NCBI GenBank assembly: GCA_014584695.1 | Contig: JACTMI010000032.1 | Location: 105,265 to 169,264 of the forward strand | Direction: 5' to 3' | DNA length: 64,000 bases | Source: Acidobacteriota bacterium | GTDB taxonomy: Bacteria > Acidobacteriota > Thermoanaerobaculia > Multivoradales > JAGPDF01 | In this document: positions 41,033-49,212 of the stretch, in pieces | Layout: each line of letters opens with the position of its first letter | Numbering within the stretch: the first letter of the stretch is position 1 | Translations under genes and position numbers: made by a program | Notes under the pieces: generated by a model | The model's database searches: none | Told to the model about the DNA's origin: nothing | The model's input: the letters and a program-made list of their open reading frames with translations, nothing else

Positions 41033-42532
41033 GTGACCCGGACCCGCGCGGTGGTCTTCGACCTCTACGGGACCCTGCTCGAGATCGGGCGGCCCGTCTT
41101 CCAGGAGCGACTGCCCCGCATCGAGGGGATCTCCCGTCGCCAGTGGGTGGAGTTCCAGCGCGAGGACCTGCTGGTGCGCCCGTACGTCTCCCGCGAGGCG
41201 TTCGTCGACGCCATCGTCGCGCGGTTCGGCGGCGGCGCCGACGGCCACCGGGCGACGCTGCTCGACTTGCTCGAGGTCGAGCTCGCCTCCGTCCACGCCG
41301 TCGAGGGCGCAGGGTCCCTGCTCGCCTTCCTGCGCCGGCGCGGCCTCAGGCTCGGCCTGATCACCAACTCCGCCTCGCCCTACCGGGAGCCGCTCGAGCG
41401 GCTGGGGCTCGCGGAGCTGTTCGATGCGGTGCTCTTCTCGTGCGACGCCGGCGCGCGCAAGCCCGAGGAGCGGCTCTACCGCGACACGCTGGCGCGCCTC
41501 GGGGAGGCGCTGACTGCCGATCCGGCGGCGGCGCTGATGGTCGGCGACTCGCTCGGCAATGACGTCCGGGCGCCCGGACGCGCCGGCATGCGGGGGCTGC
41601 TGATCGGCGCCAGTGGCACCGCCCGCGCGGTGCCGCGGCTGGCCGACCTCGGCTGGCTGGATCTCGACACCCTCGAGCCCCTGCTGCCCGAGGGCGCCGA
41701 GATGGTGCTCGCCGGCGAGCGCCTGTCGGTCGAGCGGCGCGAGTCGCTCGACGACGCCGACCAGGGGCGCTACAACCTGGTCGCTCGCTTGCGCCTGCGC
41801 ACCGCGCGGGGGCTCGAGAAAGTGGCCTACGTCAAGCGCTTCCTGCTGCCGGAGTCGATCGAGGTCGAGCGCCTGATGGCGCGGCTGCTCGACGAGATCC
41901 ACGTCGGTTCCTGTCCCAACGTTCTGGTGGGTACCGGACTGGAGCCCCTGCTGGTGGTCGCCGAGGCGCCGGGGGTCAAGCTCGAGGCCGCGCGCGGCGA
42001 GCCGGCATACGCCCGCGAGGTGGGCCGCCACGCCGCCGCGGCCTACCTGTTCGCCAACGCCGACCTGCGGCCGCGCAATGCCTTTCTCGACGGCGAGGGG
42101 GCGGGTCTGCGGATGACCATGGTCGACTACGAGCACTGCCTGCTCAACCTGGCGATCGACCTCGAGGGCATCCCCGATCCGCTCGACCGCGACGCGCTCG
42201 AGGCGCTCGGCCGCGTCGAGCTCGAGCGCCGCGTGGCGCGCCGCGTACTCGCCGACGCCCACATGCGGCGCGCCTACCGCGCCTTCTTGGGCCCCCACGC
42301 CAAGGACGCCGGACTCGCCCGCGCCTTCCGCGCCGGCTGGATGGAGGTGCACGGCAAGGCGCGGGTCCTGCGTCAGGTCGTCGTCGACCTGCTCGAAGCC
42401 AGGCTGGCGGCCGATCCCCCGCTGGTCGTCGGCACCCATGCCTATCGCCGCGCATTCCTCCGTCTCGACCTCGAGGACGTCCTCTCCCGGCTGGACGAGG
42501 ACCCCGATCGCGCCTGCGACCGCTGCTTCTGA
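41033..42532 (+). CDS. HAD-superfamily hydrolase fused to a C-terminal domain of unknown function
   Basis: VVFDLYGTLL (DxD motif I) and MVGDSLGNDV (motif IV), then ~300 aa of unrecognised sequence. Confidence 0.6.
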   Translation: MTRTRAVVFDLYGTLLEIGRPVFQERLPRIEGISRRQWVEFQREDLLVRPYVSREAFVDAIVARFGGGADGHRATLLDLLEVELASVHAVEGAGSLLAFLRRRGLRLGLITNSASPYREPLERLGLAELFDAVLFSCDAGARKPEERLYRDTLARLGEALTADPAAALMVGDSLGNDVRAPGRAGMRGLLIGASGTARAVPRLADLGWLDLDTLEPLLPEGAEMVLAGERLSVERRESLDDADQGRYNLVARLRLRTARGLEKVAYVKRFLLPESIEVERLMARLLDEIHVGSCPNVLVGTGLEPLLVVAEAPGVKLEAARGEPAYAREVGRHAAAAYLFANADLRPRNAFLDGEGAGLRMTMVDYEHCLLNLAIDLEGIPDPLDRDALEALGRVELERRVARRVLADAHMRRAYRAFLGPHAKDAGLARAFRAGWMEVHGKARVLRQVVVDLLEARLAADPPLVVGTHAYRRAFLRLDLEDVLSRLDEDPDRACDRCF

Positions 42533-42565
42533 ACCGCGATACTCCTGTCGGTCCTGTCCGCGATG

Positions 42566-42626
42566 GAGCCACGGCTCCAGAAGTTCGGGTCCCGGCTCCG
42601 TCCGGCTCCGTGCAGGATCCGGCTCG
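42566..42626. promoter_or_regulatory. Candidate enhancer: palindrome GGAGCC-N2-GGCTCC plus direct repeats CCGGCTCCG, TCCGGCTCCG and ATCCGGCTCG, 50-110 bp upstream of a sigma-54 promoter
   Basis: Read directly. The same TCCGGCTCCGG motif recurs, inverted, upstream of the second precursor gene (44341-44353). Confidence 0.3.
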
Positions 42627-42674
42627 ATTTCCATAACTGCTTTGAAGTGAGTTGTTTGTCGCGTTCGATGCGGT

Positions 42675-42689
42675 TGGCACCGGGGTTGC
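42675..42689 (+). promoter_or_regulatory. Sigma-54 (-24/-12) promoter TGGCAC-cgggg-TTGC
   Basis: Perfect consensus spacing, 83 nt upstream of the precursor A start codon. Confidence 0.65.
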
Positions 42690-42771
42690 CATAGGAAGAG
42701 GCAGAACGGCGAAACCCGCCGGGGCACCTCCGGATGAACCGGCTGGCGCCACACAACGAGGAGCAACGAAA

Positions 42772-43079
42772 ATGGAGATGTCGCGCGGTGAGATGCAGGA
42801 CCTGCTGAACAAGTTCGCGGCCCAGAACCCGAAGTACCGCGAGGCCCTGCTGTCGGACCCGAAGTCGGTGGTCCAGAAGCAGTTCGCCCTCAGCCTGGAG
42901 GGGGTCACGGTCAAGGCGGTCGAGGAGAGCCCGAACACCTTGTACGTCATCGTTCCGCGCGCGGCGGCGGCCGGTGAGCTCGACGACTCCGACCTCGAGA
43001 AGGTCGCGGGCGGCGGCGACATCAACGTCAAGCTGGGCGGCGAGGTCAGCTGCTCGCAGGGCAGATCAACCTCGGCTGA
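42772..43079 (+). CDS. RiPP precursor peptide A with NHLP-type leader and GG site; 3' end uncertain (-1 frameshift against a conserved TGA at 43077-43079)
   Basis: GAGGAG RBS. Leader ...LLSDPKSVVQKQFALSLEGVTVKAVEESPNTLYVIVPRAAAAGELDDSDLEKVAGGG, then DINVKLGGEVSCSQG. Frame 0 has no stop until 43596, running antisense through the aminopeptidase gene. The end is set at the conserved TGA. Confidence 0.55.
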
Positions 43080-43181
43080 GCCGGGCGCAGACATCAGGGG
43101 CCGCGGCGGGCGACCGAAAGGTCCCCGCCGCGGCTCTTTCCCTTTCGAGCGGCTGGCAGGTCGGCGCAGGTTGCGCCGGGC

Positions 43182-44309
43182 TCAGCCTTCGCCGGCGAGC
43201 AGGCGCTCCGGATTGAGCCCCTCGAGATCGGGCACCACGAAGCGGCCGTCCTTGCGGATCAGGACGTCATCGAACCAGATCTCGCCGCCGCCGTCGGCCG
43301 CTTCCATCCGCAGCACCAGGTCCCAGTGGACCTGCGAACGGTTGCCGTTGTCCGCGGCGGCGTACGCCTGGCCCGGCGTGAAGTGGATCGAGCCGGCGAT
43401 CTTCTCGTCGAACAGGATGTCCTTCATCGGTGCGGTGATGTGGGGGTTGAAGCCGAGCGCGAACTCGCCGACATGGCGCGCGCCGTCGTCGGTGTCGAGC
43501 AGGCGGTCGAGCGCCTCGCCGGCGCTGCTCGAGGCCTCGACGATGCGGCCGCCGCGAAAGACGAAGCGGACGTTCTCGTGCGTCACCCCGCGGTAGAGCG
43601 ACGGCGTGTTGTAACGGATGGTCCCCTCCACGCTATCGCGCACCGGCGCGGTGTAGACCTCGCCGTCCGGCAGGTTGCGCCGACCGTCGCAGGCCACCGC
43701 GCCGATACCCCTGACGCTGAAGGAGAGGTCGGTGCCCGGAGCGGTGATGCGAACGCGGTCGGCCGCCTCGAGGCGCGCCTTGAGCGGCGCCATGGCGCGC
43801 GACATCCGGGCGTAGTCGAGCGTGCAGACCCGGAAGTAGAGCTCTTCGAAGGCCGCGGTCGAGGTGCCGGCCAGCTGGGCCATCGAGGGACCCGGCCAGC
43901 GGGTCACCACCCAGCGCGTGCGCGGGACGCGAAGGTCCAGGTGGACGCGCTTCCAGAGCAGCGCCTCGAACAGCGCCATCCGCTCGCTCGGCACGTCGGC
44001 GAGCTCCGAGACGTTGTCGCCGCCGCGCAGGCCGATGTAGGCGTCCACCTGGCGCATCACGGCTTCCTCGCCGTCGGCGATCAGCGTCCACTGCTCGGTG
44101 GTCCCGGCCCGCAGCAGCTCGCGGGTCACCGGCGCGCTCTTCAGCAGCACCGCCGGCAGCGCCCCGGCGGCCGCCGCCGCGCGCACCAGGGTGGTCACGA
44201 ACGAGGTCGGCACGTCGATCGCCTCGATCAGCAGCTTGTCGCCCGGAACGAGGGCGCAGGAGTAGCGGACGAGCGTTTCGGCGAGCTTCTGGTGGCGGAG
44301 GTCGGTCAT
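43182..44309 (-). CDS. M29-family aminopeptidase (AmpS/PepS-like)
   Basis: 376 aa from the ATG at 44309; M29-like organisation (HVGEFALG...). It is divergent from and sandwiched between the two precursor genes. Confidence 0.65.
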   Translation of the reverse strand: MTDLRHQKLAETLVRYSCALVPGDKLLIEAIDVPTSFVTTLVRAAAAAGALPAVLLKSAPVTRELLRAGTTEQWTLIADGEEAVMRQVDAYIGLRGGDNVSELADVPSERMALFEALLWKRVHLDLRVPRTRWVVTRWPGPSMAQLAGTSTAAFEELYFRVCTLDYARMSRAMAPLKARLEAADRVRITAPGTDLSFSVRGIGAVACDGRRNLPDGEVYTAPVRDSVEGTIRYNTPSLYRGVTHENVRFVFRGGRIVEASSSAGEALDRLLDTDDGARHVGEFALGFNPHITAPMKDILFDEKIAGSIHFTPGQAYAAADNGNRSQVHWDLVLRMEAADGGGEIWFDDVLIRKDGRFVVPDLEGLNPERLLAGEG

Positions 44310-44522
44310 CGGAGGAGGTCCCGGTGGGGTCGTGCGGCGCCCGGAGCCGGAGCGCGCCGCGGGTTCTCGAAGCAACTCTAGCCGCGATTCGAGCGGCTGG
44401 CTCTTCCGGCATGGAGCGCTCGCTCCATCGATTCGAGCGAGGGCTCCGCTCAGCGCGGCGCCGGCAGGACCGCGGAGCGATGCGCGCGTTGAAAGCATTG
44501 AACTTACGCATTCGAGGCCGAT

Positions 44523-44537
44523 TGGCATCGGGGTTGC
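44523..44537 (+). promoter_or_regulatory. Sigma-54 (-24/-12) promoter TGGCAT-cgggg-TTGC
   Basis: Same architecture and spacing as the 42675 promoter, 82 nt upstream of the precursor B start. Confidence 0.6.
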
Positions 44538-44618
44538 GATAGGGAGAATCGTTCGGCGCACGACGCCGAGCCCGGGCGGGATGAACTCGCCGGGCACGAG
44601 ACCAGAGGAGCAACGCCA

Positions 44619-44928
44619 GTGGAGATGTCACGCGGTGAGATGCAGGACCTGCTGAACAAGTTCGCGTCCCAGAACCCGCAGTATCGCGATGCGCTGATCA
44701 AGGACCCGAAGTCGGTGGTGGAGAAGCAGTTCAACATCAGCCTCTCCGGCGTCACCGTCAAGGCCGTGACCGAGGCCCCCGACACGCTGTACGTGATCGT
44801 TCCGCGTGCTGCGGCGGCCGGTGAGCTCGACGACTCCGACCTCGAGAAGGTCGCGGGCGGCGGCGACATCAACGTCAAGCTGGGCGGCGAGGTCAGCTGC
44901 TCGCAGGGCCCAGATCAACCTCGGCTGA
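44619..44928 (+). CDS. RiPP precursor peptide B (paralog of A, GTG/ATG start); 3' end uncertain (+1 frameshift against the same conserved TGA at 44926-44928)
   Basis: Leader about 85% identical to A and an identical core start DINVKLGGEVSCSQG. Frame 0 would read 345 nt into lanM, which is implausible. Confidence 0.55.
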
Positions 44929-45040
44929 GCCGAGGCGGATCCACGAAGCCCGATTCCGGGGGCCCGTGGACGGGCTGCAAGGCCCGCCACGCGGCCCCCG
45001 GTTGTTTCGTGGGCCCCTGCTCGGAGAACCCAAGCTGGCC

Positions 45041-48000
45041 ATGTCGACGATCGCCACTGCGTGCCTGCGTGCCGAGACGCTGTTCGAGCGGCTCGCGCGG
45101 CTGGCCCGCGCTTTCGACGCTCCTCCGGCCTTGGAGGATGCCGCGGTGGCCGCGGCGCTCGAGCCGTGGCGGCGGGCGGTCGCGCGCGGCGACGGCGAGG
45201 CCTTCGCGCGCCGGCTCGCCTGGGACGGCATCGACCCGCGCGTGGCGGCGCTCGCGTTCGTGGAACCGGTAGGAGCGCCCGACGGCCCATGGTGCGTGAA
45301 CATGGAGCGCTGGCTCCATGCCGTGGCGACAAGGGGTCTCGCGAGCTCCGGCAGCGAGCTCGCCGCCGGGCTGCCGTTCGGAGAGTGGGTCGCCAGCTGG
45401 GTCGCAGAAGCGGCCTCCCGCGCCCGGCAGAAGCTGCCGGCGCTCGACGACCTGCTGACGCCGGCGGCGTGGCTGCAGTGGCAGCGGGCCCTCGGCGGGC
45501 GGCTCGCCTGGATCGCCGCGCTGCCGCTCTACGAGCGCTTCGACCTCGAGCGATCGGCGCGGGGCGAAGCGGGTGCGCTAGCCCGATTTCTCGCGGCGCT
45601 CGGCGCCAGCCCGACGGCGTCCGGCCTCGAGCTGCCGGGACTGGTCCGGCAGCTCGCCGGCCGGGCCGAGGACTGGATCGATGCCGGTGTGGAGTGGATC
45701 GGTCGCTTGGCCGCCGATCGCGCCGGCTTCGCACTCGCCTTCGAGGGGGACGCCGATCCCGGTCGGGTCGTGGCGGTGGAGGCCGGGCTCTCCGATCCTC
45801 ACGCCCGTGGCCGCCGTGTCCTGGCGCTCACCTTCGAGTCGGGGCTCGAGGTGATCTACAAGCCCCGGCCGGTCGACCTGGAGTCGGCCTGGTGGCAGCT
45901 CGCGAGCGAGCTCGCCGAGGCCGGTTTCGAGGCCGCCCCGCTGGCGGCGCGGACGCTCGCCCGGCCGGGCTACGGCTGGATGGAAAGGGTGGCCGCCGGC
46001 GGGGTCGACAGCGCGAGCGAGGCCGAGTCCTGGTTCCGCCGCGCGGGCGCGCTGGTCGCGCTGGCATGGGTGCTCGGCGGCCGCGACCTCCACGCCGAGA
46101 ACCTGATCGCCGACCGGCGCGGACCGGTCCTGGTGGACGCGGAGATGCTGCTCGCTCCGGAGCCGGGCGCGCTGCTGCGCAGCGGCCCCGACTCCGTGCT
46201 GGCGACCGGCCTGGTGGCCGATCCCGCGGCCACGGCGGGGCCCGGAGCCTGGGGCTACGCCGGCCTCGACCTGCCGGAGCCGGGCGAGCTGCCCGAAGCC
46301 GACCGGCACTGGGAGAACCTCGGCACCGACCGGCTTCGGCTGGCCTGGCGACGTTTCCCCAGGGCCCTCAAGACCAACGTTCTGAGGTGGCGCGGGCGGC
46401 CCCAGCGTCCCGAGGCCTGGCGGGAGGCCGTGTTGGAGGGCTTCGACCTCGGCATGGCGGCGATTGGCGAGCAGCGGGAGCGGATCGAGCGCTGGTTGGC
46501 GGCGCGCGGCGACACGCCGACGCGCGTTCTGTTCCGTCCGAGCGCCCAGTACGCGACCACGGTCGCCCTGTCGGTCCGTCCCCGCTACGCCAACGACGGG
46601 CTGGCCGGCAGCCTGCTGCGCGAAGCGCTCCTGCAGCCGCTCGTCGGCCTCGCCGAGCGGCCGGCGCTCTGGCCCCTGATCGCCGACGAGCGGGCCGCGC
46701 TCGAAGCGCTCGACCTGCCGGTCTTCCACCTGCCGGCCGGTGCGACGGCGCTCACCAACTCGGCGGGAGAAAGGATCGAGGGCCTGTTCGAGCAGAGCGG
46801 GATCGCGGCCGCTCGCGCGCGGCTCGCCGAGCTCGACGCGGAGAGAATCGAGCGCGAACGCCGCCACCTCGCGGCCGCGCTCGAGCCGCGCCGGCTCGGG
46901 CGCGCGGAGGAGGAGTCCCGGCTCGCGGCCGCGGCGGCCGAGATCGCCGGCGCGCTGGCGATGTCGAAGGCCTTCGCCGCCGTGCCCGCGCCCGGCGCGT
47001 CGCTGCGCGAGCTCGCCCTCTACGGCGGCGCCGCCGGGCGCGCGCTGTTCGCGGCGGGGGCTTGGCGGGCCACCGGCGGAGCGGCCTGGGCATCGATTGC
47101 CGGAGAGATCGCGTCCGGCCTCGTGCGCGCTCTCGCGGCGGTGCCGGCGGAGGCGGAGGGACAGCCATCACGGCCTGGGGGCACCGACGGCTGGGGCTCG
47201 ATTCTCTGGACCTTGGTCACCCTCGCGGAACTGCTCGAGCAGCCGGAGCTGCTCGCGGGCGCGGCGGCGGCCGGCGAGCGTCTCGAAGCCACGCCACGGC
47301 GGCCGGATCTCTGGGGATTCGACCTCGCCGCGGGCGAGGCGGGGGCGTTGCTCGGCTGGCTGGCCCTGGCGCAGGCGAGCGGGGAGGCCGCGGCGCTCGA
47401 GCGCGCGCGCGACAGTGGGCAGCGGCTGCTGTCGAGCCAGCTCCGGTCGGGTCCGGATGCCGGAGGCTGGCCGGCGCCCGGGGGCTCGCCGCCGCTCGCG
47501 GGCTTCGCGCACGGCGCCTCGGGCATCGCCCGTGCCCTCGATGCGCTGGCGGCCGCGACCGGCGAGGGGGAGTATCGCGACGCGGCCGGCGCGGCGCTGC
47601 GCTTCGAGAGCTCGTTGTTCGATCGCCAGCGCGGGGACTGGCCAGCGCGGATCGCCGGCGGCGGTCGCCGGTTCCTGTGCAGCTGGTGCCACGGAGCGCC
47701 GGGGGTGGCGATCGCCCGCGCGCTCCGGCTGGCGGCAGGGGGCGAGGATCGGGCGGCGGCTACGGAGCTCGCGACGGCGCTCGCCACGCTCGCTGGGGCG
47801 CCGCTGCCCGAAGTCGACCACCTCTGCTGCGGCACGGCGGGACGCCTGGCGGCGCAGACGGTCGCCGGGCGGTGGGGCGGCGGCGAGGAAGCGCTGGCGG
47901 CGGGACGGCGGCTGGCGCGCCGGGCCCTGGCGCGCGCTGAAGGCAGCGGCGGCTGGCGGATTCCGGCCGAGCCGCCGGCGGAGCGTCCGGATCTCGGGCT

Positions 48001-48121
48001 GTTCCGAGGCTACCCGGGCCTCGCCTGGAGCCTGATCTCGCTCACCGACGCGGGCGGACCGCTGCCGCTGGTGGCGGCGCTCGAGCTGCCGGCGGAGCGC
48101 CGCCGGAGGAGCCAGCAATGA
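45041..48121 (+). CDS. lanM: Class II lanthipeptide synthetase LanM (dehydratase plus LanC-like cyclase)
   Basis: Kinase-like dehydratase motifs (DLHAENLIA...VLVDAEM). C-terminal LanC zinc-ligand motifs GFAHGASG, SWCHGAPG and CCGTAG. An alternative GTG start at 44966 is possible. Confidence 0.85.
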   Translation: MSTIATACLRAETLFERLARLARAFDAPPALEDAAVAAALEPWRRAVARGDGEAFARRLAWDGIDPRVAALAFVEPVGAPDGPWCVNMERWLHAVATRGLASSGSELAAGLPFGEWVASWVAEAASRARQKLPALDDLLTPAAWLQWQRALGGRLAWIAALPLYERFDLERSARGEAGALARFLAALGASPTASGLELPGLVRQLAGRAEDWIDAGVEWIGRLAADRAGFALAFEGDADPGRVVAVEAGLSDPHARGRRVLALTFESGLEVIYKPRPVDLESAWWQLASELAEAGFEAAPLAARTLARPGYGWMERVAAGGVDSASEAESWFRRAGALVALAWVLGGRDLHAENLIADRRGPVLVDAEMLLAPEPGALLRSGPDSVLATGLVADPAATAGPGAWGYAGLDLPEPGELPEADRHWENLGTDRLRLAWRRFPRALKTNVLRWRGRPQRPEAWREAVLEGFDLGMAAIGEQRERIERWLAARGDTPTRVLFRPSAQYATTVALSVRPRYANDGLAGSLLREALLQPLVGLAERPALWPLIADERAALEALDLPVFHLPAGATALTNSAGERIEGLFEQSGIAAARARLAELDAERIERERRHLAAALEPRRLGRAEEESRLAAAAAEIAGALAMSKAFAAVPAPGASLRELALYGGAAGRALFAAGAWRATGGAAWASIAGEIASGLVRALAAVPAEAEGQPSRPGGTDGWGSILWTLVTLAELLEQPELLAGAAAAGERLEATPRRPDLWGFDLAAGEAGALLGWLALAQASGEAAALERARDSGQRLLSSQLRSGPDAGGWPAPGGSPPLAGFAHGASGIARALDALAAATGEGEYRDAAGAALRFESSLFDRQRGDWPARIAGGGRRFLCSWCHGAPGVAIARALRLAAGGEDRAAATELATALATLAGAPLPEVDHLCCGTAGRLAAQTVAGRWGGGEEALAAGRRLARRALARAEGSGGWRIPAEPPAERPDLGLFRGYPGLAWSLISLTDAGGPLPLVAALELPAERRRRSQQ

Positions 48122-49092
48122 CGACGCCGCAATTCGAGGTCCGCCGGCTCGCATCGCCGGTCGATCCCGCCTTCAGCGCCATGACCTTTCCGCTCTATCG
48201 CCGCCTGCTTTCGCTCGAGCCGACGGTGCGCCACCCCGAGCAGGGCGACCCGCGGCGGATCCAGCCGGTCGCCATCGGCGCCTTCGAGGCGGAGCGGCCG
48301 GTCGGCCTGATCGTGGCCGAGCAGCCCCTCGGGGACAGCGAGCCGGCGGAGCTGCTCTCCCTGTTCGTGGCCGAGGGCGAGCGCGGCCGGGGGGTCGGAG
48401 GCGCCCTGGTCGCCGCGGCCGAGCAGGCCCTCGCGGCCGCGGGGGTCGCGGAGGTGCGCGCGGTGTGGACGGCCGGCAAGCCGGCGATCGAGGCGCTGGA
48501 GCGGATTCTCGCCCGCCACGGCTGGACGCCGCCGGCGGCCCGCACGGTTTCGGCCCGCTTCCGGCCCGAGAAGATGCTCACCCTGCCGCTGTTCTCTCCT
48601 CGTCACCTGGCGTCCCTGGATCCGGGATTCGAGATCTTCCCCTGGGCGGAGCTGCCGGCCGAGGAGCTCGCCGCCCTGCGCGCCTCGAACGAGGCCCGGC
48701 ACTGGATTTCCGACGGTCTCGAGCCCTGGAGCTACCGCGGCGGCGCCGGCTACGACCCGGCGACCAGCGTCGGCGCGCGCCACCAGGGGCGGCTGGTCGG
48801 CTGGGTGCTGACCGAGCGAATCGACGACCGCCTGCTGCGCTGGACCGTGAGCTTCCTGGACAAGCGTCTGTCCCGGCGCGGCCGCATCGTGCCGCTCTAC
48901 AAGTCGTCGCTCGAGCGGGCGGTGGCGGCGGGCTACGAGCTCTGCCTGTTCGTGACCCCCGTCCGGTTCCCCAACATGGTGCGCTTCATCCACAAGTGGA
49001 TCGCCCGCCGGGCGGAGTTCATCGGCGAGACTCGCTCCGCCGGGCGCCGGCTCACCCCGTCGGGCGCCGGCGCGCCCCGCCTTGAATCCTGA
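48118..49092 (+). CDS. GNAT-family N-acetyltransferase, translationally coupled to lanM (ATGA)
   Basis: GERGRGVGGALV acetyl-CoA-binding motif. The start overlaps the lanM stop. Confidence 0.65.
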   Translation: MTTPQFEVRRLASPVDPAFSAMTFPLYRRLLSLEPTVRHPEQGDPRRIQPVAIGAFEAERPVGLIVAEQPLGDSEPAELLSLFVAEGERGRGVGGALVAAAEQALAAAGVAEVRAVWTAGKPAIEALERILARHGWTPPAARTVSARFRPEKMLTLPLFSPRHLASLDPGFEIFPWAELPAEELAALRASNEARHWISDGLEPWSYRGGAGYDPATSVGARHQGRLVGWVLTERIDDRLLRWTVSFLDKRLSRRGRIVPLYKSSLERAVAAGYELCLFVTPVRFPNMVRFIHKWIARRAEFIGETRSAGRRLTPSGAGAPRLES

Positions 49093-49212
49093 GAGCGGGG
49101 TCGCTAGGATCGCCTCGTCCGAGAACCAGAGCGTTCGAGCCATAGCGGCGGGAGGAGAGGTGGACGTGCTACCGCTTGCGTCAGAGACCCGGGTCCCGAC
49201 AAGGAGGGGCAG

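Noticed and set aside
39695-42766. 1023-aa - strand ORF spanning the sigma-54 activator and HAD genes
   Set aside because: It is antisense to two genes with strong motifs. The translation is low-complexity.
42772-43596. Frame-0 read-through of precursor A (275 aa) and of precursor B (44619-45272)
   Set aside because: The extensions are antisense to the M29 aminopeptidase (A) or overlap lanM by more than 300 nt (B). Nucleotide identity between the paralogs stops exactly after a shared TGA, marking the likely true end.
44966-45040. Alternative lanM start at 44966 (reported as MDGLQG...)
   Set aside because: That codon is GTG with no RBS. An ATG at 45041 (MSTIATACLRAETLFERL...) gives a typical LanM N-terminus. 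The GTG start remains possible.
49100-49212. Possible third sigma-54 promoter upstream of the TolC genes (TGGACG...CTTGC)
   Set aside because: The GG-to-GC spacing is 14 nt, not 10, so it does not fit the -24/-12 consensus.
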